In this document: in pieces, positions 27,860 to 41,375 of the stretch
Position numbering within the stretch: position 1 is the first letter of the stretch
Layout of the letters: each line of letters begins with the position of its first letter
Assembly: GCF_009914755.1 (NCBI RefSeq)
Contig: NC_060927.1
DNA from: the human T2T-CHM13v2.0 reference genome, Homo sapiens
DNA length: 64,000 nucleotides
Strand: one strand, 5' to 3'
Made by a program: the position numbers and the translations under genes
Notes under the pieces: generated by a model
What the model saw: the letters and a program-made list of their open reading frames with translations, nothing else
What the model was told of the DNA's origin: nothing
The model's database searches: none

Positions 27860-28995
27860 ATGAATTAAACGGTACCTCACATCTCAATACTAACATTGAA
27901 TGTAAATGGCCTAAATACTCCACTTAACTGCAGAATGGCTAAGAATTCACCAATCGACAATCCATTGCCTTCGGGAGACTGACCTAACACATAAGGACTC
28001 ACATAAACTTAAAGTAAAGGGATGGATTTCATGCAAATGTATGTCAAAAGCAAGCAGGGGTAGCTATTATATCAGACAAAACAGACTTTAAAGCAACGGC
28101 AGTTAAAAAAGACAAAAAGGGACATTATATAACGGTAAAAGGCATTGTCCAACAGGAAAATATCACAATCCTAAACGTATATGCACATAACACTGGAACT
28201 CCCAAATTTATAAAACAATTACTAATAGATCTACAAAATTAGATAAACAGCAACACAATAATAGTGGAGGACTTCAATACTCCACTGACAGCACTAACAG
28301 GTAATCAAAACAGAAAGTCATCACAGAAACAATGGATTTAAACTATACTTTGCAACAAATGGACTTAACAGATATATACAGAACATTTCATCCAACAACC
28401 ACAGAATACACATTGTATTCAACAGTGCCTGGAACTTTCTCCAAGATAGACCACATGATAGGGCATAAAATGATCCTCAATAAATTTAAGAAAATTGAAA
28501 TTATATCAAACACTCTCTCAGACAACAGTGGAATAAAAGTGGAAATCAACTCCAAAAGGAAACTTCAAAACCATGCAAATACATGGAAATTACATAACCT
28601 GCTCCTGAATGAGTATCGGGTCAAAAACAAAACCAAGATGGAAATTAAAAAATTCTTCAAACTGATTGACAGTAATGACACAACCTATCAACCTATTAAA
28701 ACCTCTGGGATACAGCAAAGGCATCTTTCTATGAGGAAAGTTCATAGCCCCAAACACTTAATCAAAAAGTCTGAAATAGCACAAACTGACATTCTAAGGT
28801 CGTATCTTAAGGATATAGAGAAATAAGAACAAACCAAACCCAAACCCACCCAGCAGAAGAAAGGAAATAACCAAGATCAGAGCAGAACTAAGTGAAATAA
28901 AATTGAACCAAAAAATAAATACAAAAGATAAATGAAACAAAAAGCTGGTTCTTTGAGAAGATAAATAAAATGGATAGACCATTAGCAATATTAAC
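27860..28995 (+). pseudogene. Disrupted L1 ORF2p APE-endonuclease remnant
   Basis: atactaacattgaatgtaaatggcctaaat (ILTLNVNGLN), ggagacttcaatac-like GDFN region; ORF 28332-28826 DLTDIYRTFHP...FSKIDHMIG...LSDNSGIK with the catalytic SDH motif reading SDN. Confidence 0.88.
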
Positions 28996-29014
28996 TTGTA
29001 GCAATCTCACTTGT

Positions 29015-29968
<954 letters not shown>

Positions 29969-30532
29969 CAAAGGTAAACTTAAGGGTTCTGATGGTCAAG
30001 ACTCTTTCTCTGACATCACTGAATTTAAACAGCAGTCTTCTCTGTTCAGCATAAGGTTTATGATCTTCATGAAGACAAGGTTTGTGTGGAAATAAATACA
30101 GACAGGAGTTGTTGCTGTTCCACTTTGGCACAGAAGTTGGATCATGAAGGTGATAAGTGGTGAGATTTAAATGCTAGATGATGAGAAGTCCAGTAGGGAC
30201 AAAGGAGCTTTGAAATAAAAAAAATGATTGGTATGATATTTATTTCACTTATTTTCTAATTAAGTATAATACAGTATGGCCCAAACCTGAATAATGCAAA
30301 TAAACAGTCATTTGTTATTAACAAGTTATAATTATTTTACATAAATTTAAACAAATACTGTTACTTTGGAAATATGCCCTGTTTGGTGACAGAAAATTCA
30401 ATTTTATTGCTGTTTCTATTTAACCACCTGTCTTGTTTTACATTTTAAAAATTATTCAAATTAGAAACCATAAGGTATTACTTGCTAAATAAGATCCATC
30501 TGGAGGCTATAAGTATCCTCAATCTTAAGGTG

Positions 30533-31297
30533 TGCTATGGTTTTGGTATGGTTTGTTTGTCCCCAACAAAACTCACGTTGAATTTTGATTCCCAATAATG
30601 TGGTTTGGGGAGGTACTGCCTGGGCCTAGTGGGAAGTGTTTGATCTATGGGGTGGATCCATCATGAAGGGCTTGGTGCTGTTCCTGCAGAGGTAAGTTCT
30701 TGCTCTCACAAGATAGTTTACTTCTCTTCAGACTGGATTAGTTCTCTTGAGAGGGACTTGTTTAACCCAGGACACCCCACAGGTTTCTTTCTCTTTGCAT
30801 GTGTCTGCTTCCCCTTTCACCTTCTTTGCTAAGTTGCAATGCAGCACTAATGTCCTAGTCGGAAGCCAGAGCCATGTCCTTGAACCTCTCAGCCTGCAGA
30901 AACAAGAGCTAAATAAACCTCTTTACCCAGTCTCAGGTATTATTTCATAGCAACATCAAGTGGACTAAGCAAACTAACACATGAATAGAAAACCAAATAC
31001 CACATGTTCTCACTTGTAAGTGGGAGTTAAATGATGAGAACACATGAACACACAGAGAGGAACAACACACACTGGGGCCTATCAGAGGGTGAAGAGTAAG
31101 AGGAGGAAGGGGATCATGAAAATTAACTGATGGATACTAGGCTTAATGCCTGGGCGATGCAATAATCTGTACGACAAACCCCCATGACACACATTTAGTT
31201 GTAACTAACCAGCACATCCTGGACATGCACCGCTGAGCTTAAAATAAAAGGTAAGAAAAAGAATAATGAATGCACACTAAAAAATTGGACTAAGACA
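30533..31297 (+). mobile_element. MST (MSTB1/MSTC-like) solo LTR, split near its 3' end by an L1
   Basis: tgctatggttt...cccagtctcaggtatt...tggactaag[L1]tggactaagaca; 5-bp TSD aggtg/aagtg. Confidence 0.88.
30970..31262 (+). mobile_element. L1PA13-16-type 3' end
   Basis: gaaaaccaaataccacatgttctcacttgtaagtgggag, acaaacccccatgacac, cttaaaataaaag; flanked by tggactaag. Confidence 0.9.
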
Positions 31298-31465
31298 AAG
31301 TGTCATCAAAGAATATTTTGATGCTGCTACCATATCTGCCTAAAGCATATACTGTATATTATAAATGTCGTCTTTCTAGTTTTACTCTATTTCGTTCCTT
31401 TTCATCACCTTACCTTCAAGTTTCTATGGGAAATCTATAGGGGAAAAGAGTCGTGAAAAATTTCC

Positions 31466-32271
31466 TAGGATCACCTTGAAACAATATTTTTACTGTGAGG
31501 TTTAATTCTGGGAGAGTTTTACCTCATCACAGATATGGGTATCTCCCCCTTTAACAGGAACATTACGGCATTTTTTAATATAAGATTTGAAATTGGGTTT
31601 TGCTTATGTATGCAACTGCTTGTCATTTGGTCTAGCTTCTATATGAAACTATTTGCATAGAACTATTTCTGTGTTTTAACATGTATCTCATTTGTGATAC
31701 ATACATATATGTATGATATGGTTTGGCTCTGTGTCCCCACCCTAATCTCATGTTGAATTATCATCCTCAGTGTTGGAGGAGGGACCTGATTGGAGGTGAT
31801 TGGATCATGGGGGCAGATTTCCCCCTTGCTGTTCTTTTGATAGTGAGTGAGTTCTCACAAGATCTATTTGTATAAAAGTATGTAGCACTTCTGCCTTCAT
31901 TCCCTCTTCCACCTGCTCCACCATGTGAAGAAGGTGCTTGCTTCCCCTGCACTTTCTACCATGAATGTAAGTTTTCTGAGGCCTCCCCAGCCATGTTTCC
32001 TGTACAGCCTGCAGAACTGTGAGTAAATTAAACCTCTTTTCTTCATAAATTACTCAGTCTTAGGTAGTTCTTTATAGCAATGTGAAAATGGACTAATACA
32101 ATGTATGTATAAATATACATATATATGTATATACACATATATACATACATACGTGCTATATACATATATATGTATATACACATATATACATACATATGTG
32201 TTATATACATAGAGTAAAAACTCTCCCAGAATTAAACCTCACAGTAAAATTATAGTTTCAAGGTAATCCTA
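31466..32271. repeat. 57/58-bp inverted repeat (arms 31466-31522 and 32214-32271)
   Basis: Manual alignment of arm 1 with the reverse complement of arm 2: 3 substitutions and one 1-bp indel. Confidence 0.95.
31714..32100 (+). mobile_element. MSTA MaLR solo LTR
   Basis: tgatatggtttggctctgtgtccccac...cctgtacagcctgcagaactgtgag...ggactaataca; perfect TSD atgta. Confidence 0.95.
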
Positions 32272-32320
32272 TATATATGTACATGTGCCCATGTATATGT
32301 GTGTATGTGTATACATATAA
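32101..32320. repeat. (TA/TACA)-rich low-complexity tract with 45-bp tandem duplication
   Basis: Unit tatacatatatatgtatatacacatatatacatacata[c/t]gtg[c/t]ta twice from 32114. Confidence 0.9.
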
Positions 32321-34199
32321 TTAGCCATGTTGATCTGAGTAATTTTGATAATTTGCTTTCATTCAATTCTCTGTTAAGAATTTGAAAAATTTTAGTTAAA
32401 TGCAGAAAAAACAATTGAGGAAAACCTTAGGAATGAATTTTCCTTGGGACAATGTAGTGTTGGTATGGCAGTAATGGGAAGAAGCAACTTGTTTTAGGAA
32501 AAAAAACTAATTCTCTTCTAACATTCCTTATCTAATGTGCAAATATCCATATCTAAAAAGTAAAATGTTACTAGAAATCAAAACAAAATAACATTACACT
32601 ATATCCATGACATGAGTCATCTTTTTTAAAAACAATTATTGCTTTCACTTTTTACTTCTTCACTTAAAATTCAAAGAGAAAAAGCAGCTGTCATCTGTAG
32701 GAGGAAGACATATACATTCATATTTGATAAGTTTAAGTTCCCATGAAAAAGCAACAAATAAAATAAAACAAAAGCAGATCTAAAAAAGACCTAATTTAAT
32801 TCAGTACCTTAGAGAAATTTAAAAATATTTACAGTGAGTTAAAACAGGTAGATCATTTATTTTTCCACATTTCACTTGTAGCTTTTTTCATTTCTTGACA
32901 TTTAAAAGTACAGTTACATTTTTATCTTATTATCTTATTTTGTTTCATGAAACAGGAAAGTATTTTATCAGAAGAATTCGTAGAAGTAGAATCTGTTTGT
33001 CTTCAGTTAAACAAAAGAAGAACCTCATTGCTTTCCAACTGGGCCCCGGCCATTTTCCAGTTGAAACATCAAATATTTTATTTGTGTCTTTCACTGCCAA
33101 TTAAAGGGCAACAGAAATGGTACAGGTAAATCATCTTCTCTTTGGAGGTCTTTCCAAAGAAGACTTTAATTCAAGCATTTCCTAGAGTATGTACCATAAA
33201 GTCTTATCTGCAGATTTAGACTTGAATATGCATTACATCATTGGAAAATATTATGTCACTGAAATTGGAAAAGGTTGAGTTAAACAAAACTAAACTATTA
33301 ACTGTATTACAAGATCTCTGAGATTTTGGTTTGGTAGCTTCCAGGGGCGTCTTACGTAGTGATGCTGTTTAGGGGCATCTAGAGATCAGGAACAACACTT
33401 GTTCTGCTGATACAGATTTGGGAATGAAATCTGAAAAGGCATGAAATAGACTGGTAGAAGGGAAAAAATGTTAAGAAAAGAGCATTCATATTTTATTCTA
33501 GGTAACAGCTTGATAAGTTGATACAGAGGGAGGAGAATAATAAAAAGAACACAAGCAAATATTTAGAGAAGTATCAGTGAATTATAAGGTTTTTATGTGA
33601 TTTTTCTAGGGTCTTTGTTGATTTGTCAAAGAAAATCAAGAAAAATAGCATACACTTTCTTCTTTAAACCCCTTTTGTGTATATGCTTTTGTGTCTGTGT
33701 GTATAAAATATGTTTATAAATACATTAAACTATTTTTACTAATTAATTCACACAGGTCATTTTCTATTATAGTCAGGATCAGTTATACTGTGGTAGTTAG
33801 TAGTAAATAATTTATTTATAAAATGTTAAAAAGGTTCCCAAGGACTTGCACTTTGTTCATTAATTTTTTTAATTATAGTTTTGAAATATTGCACACATTT
33901 GTAAAATGCAAACAATAGTAGAATGGGTCCACATTACTTAACATCAACTTTTCAACAATTATTCTCATATCATTTGATCTATAATATTTTAGATCATATG
34001 TTTATAACGATTTTAGTTTTTTAAAAAATTAGCTGCCATGCCATTATTGCTAATTTTTAAAAATACATTTCTTAAAAGCAATTAAATACTAATTAGATAA
34101 CTGGAATATCTGAAATCTTAAGTCAAATAATATGTATTTTTGACATGTATTTGAAGTATTGCGAATGGTAACAGAAACCAAGCTCTGTGAATTAGGTTT

Positions 34200-36205
34200 G
34201 TTACTGGTGTACCATTCTTTCTAGACCCTCTCAAGCTGACATAGTTAAGAAATACAAGCACATATATTAAACTTTGTGTACACATATCAATAACTATTCC
34301 TATATATAAATGTCTGCATCTGTATTAAGCTAAACATGAGTTCATACAGATGTCTCTAACTCTAATCTGTTAACATATGGTTCATTGTAGCCTCCTCTCC
34401 TTACTTATCTGTAAACTCCCAGTCTGACAATAAGAACCTGGCTTGTAACGTCTGTCATCCACTTGCTGAATTGTTTAATTTTACTATTCATGTATGTCAG
34501 TTTCAGAATTGTTAATTCATACCCACAAGACAATCACCTTAACTAGAGCATCGTACTTAGGTATAGTTTCTTTTAGTTTTATGGATGTTTTAGAAATTCA
34601 AATTTCTAAAGTTTCTTAGGTCAGCACCTCTCTCCCAACTCATCACTATTAGTGAGGTTGTTTTATGCATTTTTAATATAGTTAGATTGCATTGTTACAT
34701 TCTGCATTGCATTGATGGATTCCCCAGACTCTCAAATTATTTTTATTAAAATTTTCATACAATACAGTTTACGATTTGTATAATGTTAATGGCTTTTGAC
34801 AAACACTGAATGTCATACATCCAACATTACAGTGTCATAGAGCACAATTTTCAATCCTAAAAATTCCCATTCTCTACCTATTCAATATTTACTCTCCTAC
34901 AACCAAACCCTTGATAACCACTGATTTTTTAAATTATATCTATAGTTTTACCTTTACAAAAATATAATATAATTGGAATAATACATTATGCATCTTTTTT
35001 TTAGGCTGGCCTTTTTTCACTTAGCTGTAGGCATTAAACATTCAACCATATATTTTCATGCCTTGATAACTGATCTCTGTTTATCCTTGAATAATATTAT
35101 TTTCATTGTAGGTACCACAGTTTGTTTATCCATTCATCTGTGGAAGGACATCTTGGTTACTTGTAGTTTATGGTGATTAAAAGTAATGATACTATAAACA
35201 TTTGTGGACAGGTTTTTGTGTGGACATAGGTTTTCAATTCAATTGCATAAATACTTAGTTGGATTGTATGGTAAGACTATGTTTACCTTTGTAATAACTT
35301 CCAAACTGTTTTCAAAAGTGGTTTACCACTTTGAATTTCCACTGTCAATGAAGGGTACTTCTTCCTGCACTGTGCAATCACCATCCACTGATATCCTTAC
35401 TTTCTATTTCTATTTTTATACTTTAACCATTCTAATAGATGTGTAATGGCATCTCATTGTTTTATTTGGAATTGCTTAATAATGAATAATTAATCATTTT
35501 CTTATGTTTATTTGCATTTGCATATCTTATTTGGTAAAATATCTGTTCAGATTTTTAAATTGAATTGTTTTCTTATTGTTGATATTTGAAACTGTTGACC
35601 TTTAAACATTCTTTCTATATTTTGAATATAAGTATTTTATAAGAAATTTGTTTTGCAAGTACTTTCTCTTATACTATCAGTTGTTATTTCATTTTGTAAC
35701 AGTGTATTTCTCACAGCAGAAAATTTTTATTTTATAATGCCTAATATTTCAAATTTGTTAATGAATTGTGCTTTTGGAGTTGTATCTAAAAACTTATCAC
35801 TAAAATCCAGGCCACCTAAATATTCTGTTGTTTCCTTCTAAAAATTTTAATTTTGTGCTTTATATTAAGGCCTGTAAGTCATTTGAATTAATTTTGTGAA
35901 AAAATATATAATATATATTTAAGTTATTTTTTGAGGGATGGGGGGTATTGATGTTCAATCGTTTTAGCATCACTTGATGAAAAGATTATCCTTTCTCTCT
36001 TGAGTTGCCTTTCAGCCATTGCCAAAGACAAGTTGACTATTTTTGTGTAAATCTATTTGGGGCTGTATATTCTGTTCTTTTGATTTATGTGTAGATTCTT
36101 TCATAAATATTATGCCGCCATGATTGTTGTAGCTTTATAGTAAGTCTTCAGATTTGGACAGTATGGACCTTCCAACTCTTCTTCTTCAGTATCGTGTTGG
36201 CTTTT
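34200..36205 (-). mobile_element. L1MC/L1MD 3'UTR and ORF2 end
   Basis: taagctaaacatgagttcatac, tttcagaattgttaa, acaggtttttgtgtggacatag, ttgtgcttttggagttgtatctaa, gattgttgtagctttatagtaagtctt. Confidence 0.85.
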
Positions 36206-36680
36206 CTAAGTATCTTAGAGAAAAAGCTCAAGTGATGAACTGAAGATAACACCAGGGCTTTATATAGATTAGCAAAGAATGCAACATGACCTAAAGATTG
36301 ATCCACACAAATTCTCTACACTTTCAAACATGGCTCTGAGAATACTTAAGTTGCCATATGGTACTTGGGTAGGTAGAAAAGACATAATTATAACTAATTT
36401 GAGTATGACTTTACCCTCATTGTCTCATTGCAATTTAGAAAAGAATTCTCGATATTTTTGATGACTAACTGTGGTTTTGGGAAATTGCTTTTCCAAAGAA
36501 GTAAGTTAACAAAACAATATGGAAATCTTGACACCAGAAGTTTAAATATTAAAGAGAGTAAAACTCTTATACAATAACTCATTATAATAACAAAAGAATA
36601 TTCCCTAAACAAGTGCAAAAAAATCTAGTAAATATGCTTTAATTGGAGTTTTCACTAGGGTAGGGTAACATCAAATGTAT

Positions 36681-38373
36681 ATATATATTTTAATTTATTT
36701 TTTGTTATTATACCTTAAGTTCTAGGGTACATGTACACAACGTGCAGGTTTGTTACACATGTATACATGTGCCACGGTGGTGTACTGCACCCATTAACTC
36801 GTCATTTACATTAGGTATATCTCCAAATGCTATCCCTTCCCCTTTCCCCCACTCCACAGAAGTGTGATATTCCTCACCCTGTGTCCAAGTGTTCTCATTG
36901 TTCAATTCCCACCTATGAGTGAGAACATGCGGTGTTTCGTTTTCTGTCCTTGGTGATAGTTTGCTCAGAACGGTGGTATCTAGCTTCATCCATGTCCCTA
37001 CAAAGGACATGAACTCATCCTTTTTTATGGCTGCATAGTATTCCATGGTATATATGTGCCACATTTTCTTAATCCATTCTATTATTGATGGACATTTGGG
37101 TTGGTTCCAAGTCATTACTATTGTGAATAGTGCTGCAGTAAACATACATGTGCATGTGCCCTTATAGCAGCATGATTTATAATCCTTTGGGTATATACCC
37201 AGTAATGGGATGGCTGAGTCAAATGGTATTTCTAGTTCTAGATCCTCGAGGAAACGCCACACTGTCTTCCACAATGGTTGAACTAGTTTACAGTTCTACC
37301 AACAGTGTAAAAGCGTTCCTATTTCTCCACATCCTCTCCAGCACTTGTTGTTTCCTGACTTTTTAATGATCGCCATTCTAACTGGTGTGAGATGGTATCT
37401 CACTGTGGTTTTGATTTGCATTTCTCTGATGGCCAGTGATGATGACCATTTTTTCATGTGTCTGTTGGCTGCATAAATGTCTTCTTTTGAGAAGTGTCTG
37501 TTCATATCCATTGCCCACTTTTTGATGGGGTTGTTTGATTTTTTTCTTGTAAATTTGTTTAAGTTATTTGTAGATTCTGGGTATTAGCCCTTTGTCAGAT
37601 GGGTAGATTGTAAAAATTTTCTCCCATTCTGTAGGTTGCCTATTCACTCTGATGGTAGTTTCTTTTGCTGTGCAGAAGCTCTTTAGTTTAATTAGATCCC
37701 ATTTGTCAATTTTGGCTTTTGTTGCCATTCCTTTTGGTATTTTAGTCATGAAGTCCTTGCCCATGCCTATGTCCTGAATGGTATTGCCTAGGTTTTCTTC
37801 TAGGGTTTTTATGGTTTTAGGTCTAACATTTAAGTCTTTAATCCATCTTGAATTAATATTTGTATAAGGTTTAAGGAAGGGATCTAGTTTCAGCTTTCTA
37901 CATATGGCTAGCCAGTTTTCCCAGCACCATTTATTAAATAGGAAATCCTTTCCCCATTTCTTGTTTTTGTCAGGTTTGTCAAAGATCAGATGGTTGTAGA
38001 CATGTGGTATTATTTCTGAGGGCTCCATTCTGTTCCATTGGTCTATATCTCTGTTTTGGTACCAGTACCATGCTGTTTTTGGTTACTGGAGCCTTGTAGT
38101 ATAGTTTGAAGTCAGATAGTGTGATGCCTCCAGCTTTGTTCTTTTGGCTTAGGATTGTCTTAGCAATGCGGGCTCTTTTTTTGTTCCATATGAACTTTCA
38201 AGTGGTTTTTTCCAATTCTATGAAGAAAGTCATTGGTAGCTTGATGTGGATGGCATTGAATCTATAAATTCAATGGGCAGTATGGCCATTTTCACAATAT
38301 TGATTCTTGGGCAGTATGGCCATTTTCACAATGTTGATTCTTCCTATCCATGAGCATGGAATGTTCTTCCATT
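36681..38373 (-). mobile_element. 5'-truncated L1PA (about L1PA4-6), 1.7 kb
   Basis: Low-divergence L1 3' sequence; ORF2 C-terminal peptides in ORFs 37564-38028, 37296-37511 and 36753-37274 ([20 protein letters not shown]); perfect TSD catcaaatgtat at 36669-36680 and 38374-38385. Confidence 0.97.
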
Positions 38374-40670
38374 CATCAAATGTATTTTTTAAAAACCAGT
38401 TCAGCATGAACACTTACCAAGCCAAAGCACCTTTACAGGCCTGGACGGCTTCTATTGATTAATACTTGCTGTACATCAGGTCTAGCTTTCTCTTTTGTCA
38501 CAGATGAGAGTGGGAAATTCAAATCCCTTTCAGCTATTTAAAGGAGTAATATTACCAGTGACTCAATTGTCTTTCATTGCCAAAGCAAATAGAGGTTCTC
38601 TTGGAATCTTATCTTACATATCCCTAATCTTTAAAATTATGTTTCTAAGTACCTTAGGTTTAATTTTTCAGAAAATGGAATTGATAGATCTACTTTGTGT
38701 TTACTGAGCTTCTGTTCACCACGTAAGAACTTAAAAGAAATTTCTGTCAAAGGGGAAAAAGGGATTTACTTCATTTGATGTGACTGTTATATCCATCATA
38801 AAATCAGCTTGCAGTAGTTCAGCTCTTAAAAGGATCTTCTAAAAGAATCTTGATAAGTTGACAAGACTATTTTTGCAGTTTTGTTTTTTTAAGAATTAAA
38901 GGGATTTTTAAGTTTTTCTCTGAAATGCTCAGGCTATTTGAAGAAATAAATGCTTAATTATAAATTAAATTTCTGTGGGAATGAATAATACTTTAATTTC
39001 CAGTAGATAAAGCTAGATCTTGCATTCTTATAATTCTAGCTGATACCAATTATAAATCTAAATTTTTGATATTGTTGCTTCAGAAAAGCAGGGTATCATA
39101 AGGGGATGTTTTTAGGCAGACAAGAAATATACATTCTATTAAATAAACAAACCAGAAGTTATTAAATAGCTGCCACATTCAAATTATTGTGACAGATGCT
39201 GTTGAGATTATAACAAAAGAATGAATGCTCACAAAATTCTCCCAATCAAGTTTACACAGATAAGATTTTGCTTGCAATAAATGACTGTGAAGCATATTTC
39301 ATATGAAAAATGATTTCTGAAGTTTTGTTTGGATTTCATTAAAAACAAAATTAAATCAAGAACAAGTAAACCAATTTTTAAAACACGTCTGTAAGTCTAA
39401 AAAGCTTTGCTTTTTTTTAAGGCATTTTGGGGTGCTGCAATGATACTTAAATCTTATTTAAGAGTGTGACCAAAAAAGAACTCATCCGAAGGTCTTCATT
39501 TAGATATTTCTGACACTATTGAATAAAGAATAAAACAAAACAAAAATTCTCCACATAAACAACAAAAATATTCATTAAAATTAAATAAATCAAATATATT
39601 CTGTTATTAATGCCCCAAATGTGTCAGCTTGGTCAACTTAGTAAAAAAAAAAAATACAGTTCAGTGATTTAAGGAATATTTCCGGTTTTTTTTGTGGTAT
39701 CTCCCTGGTAATCCCCAAATAACAAAATAATATATTTAGTCATAGTCACTTTTTAATTTTTCATCTGATTAATGTGGTGTCTCATACATGCAAACAAAGT
39801 ACCTTTTTCTGTTGCCTTAATGCCTCTTTACAATGGACCCGATGGGAGATAAGCAGACATTAGACATACAGGTTGATAAAATACTTATGTAAATATAGTA
39901 AAACAATGTTGAGACCAAGTATAAGAGAGTGTCGTTATTTTTACTGGTTACAGCAAAATACCTGGGGAGCATTTTGGAAATTAACATTTGGTCACTGTAA
40001 GCCAGTATAGATTCCATTACGGTAACTTCCATTGTTTTGGGGCAGACATTTCATCTATGACAGTTTACTTGAGAGTACTGAACATATTTCAGTTTGCCAA
40101 AGTAAGATACTCTTGTTTTCTTGCACTGTTTTCCTATGTGCATCGGAAAAATATTACCTTTTTCAGAAATTTTGATTTAATGGTGTTTGATATTAGGCAT
40201 GTTTTTACACTTAACAGTTATTCAGTGAAAACTAATTCTGCTCATTTTTTGTCTGAAGATATTGAACATGAAAATTTCAATAGGCACCAGTGCTCTTGTT
40301 ACTTAAGTAAAATAGATTTCTGTGATTTTTATTCCTCTTCTATTATCTTCCTTAATCTACTAAATTACCTTATTCGCTAATATTTAAAACATGTATTTTC
40401 TAGGAAACTGTCATGACTACTAAGTTATCAGGCACTTACTGTATGCAAAGTATTTACAAATTGTGTAAATATAGCACTCACCACCATCCCATGTACATGT
40501 ATGTTCCAGGAAGGAAGTTTTCCTTCCAACTCCACAACTGAATTATAAGGAATAGTATCTGTGAGCTTTCTATAGTCAATCAAAAATATTGGTGTGATAA
40601 GTGGAAAACATAAAAATAGATCTCCTGCCATCAAGAAGCAAATAGTAAAACTAGGCAATGTTAGATTAAG

Positions 40671-41375
40671 TGCTACAGGGTGAGGAGTCCAGCTTCAGGT
40701 CGAAATGCCATGTGCGATATTTCCGGCCCAAACATAGGTAGTTATAAAAGCTTTACTTCGCAGATCTTAGCAGGGAAATCTTCCCCTTGCGGGGAAATGT
40801 GCTGGTACACAGCCAGCACATTTCAGTCTCCGAAGGAGTTGTAGTCAAGGACTCAGCTCTCCCTGCCTGGCCATGTCCTTATGCATAGCTGCATTTTTAG
40901 CCCAAGTGCCTTCATTTGGAGGTGTCTTTATTGAGGACTTTAGCAGGGACCTTCCTCAGTCGCCTCTATTGAGAGCTTATGGGTAAAAGAAAAGGCAGGG
41001 AAACTTGACACTTTTACTCTACTCTAACTCAGCTTTTTTCCACTGTTAGCCCTTTCTTGCTTTCCCTCTGCCCTTCTCCGTGTCCTCCACACCATCTAGG
41101 TCGATAAAACTATGGGATCCTTTTGTTTTAGGCTCCCTCTGCAGTGGAATTACCCTTATGTCTTTTCTGTCTATGCTGATCCACCTGATCTTGAACTGGT
41201 GCTATTCCATGGGGAAAATTGGAACATGGGGCAATTAACACTTTCTCCACTTTATCCCATCAACAGTAAGTACTGAAAGGCTTAAATGCTACTTCCATTT
41301 TGACTGTTTGTCTTAAGCAGCTACTCTGACGTCCAGAAGCTAGGTTCTCTTTCGAGTTTAGCTGAGCTTCTGACA
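40671..41375 (+). mobile_element. Probable ERVL-type solo LTR (MER54/MER73/MER74 group, subfamily uncertain)
   Basis: About 700-bp GC-richer block with tg...ca termini, TATA-like gataaaa near 41103, sitting between L2-like fragments; no clear TSD. Confidence 0.5.

Larger units (their letters stand above)
26046..28995 (+). mobile_element. L1PB (L1PBa-type 5'UTR) 5' portion: 5'UTR, ORF1, ORF2 endonuclease region
   Basis: agaccctctgaaggagggagactgctcctgcaggacccaggagacacc 5'UTR; ORF1 and ORF2 peptides recognisable in the ORF track; ends abruptly near 28995. Confidence 0.92.

Noticed and set aside
26767-28995. Functional or domesticated L1 ORF1/ORF2
   Set aside because: Many stops and frameshifts, SDH changed to SDN, no RT domain.
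36753-38028. Long ORFs (173 and 154 aa) as host genes
   Set aside because: Broken L1 ORF2 C-terminal frames.
39988-40380. 130-aa ORF
   Set aside because: No recognisable homology, non-ATG start, composition typical of AT-rich noncoding DNA.
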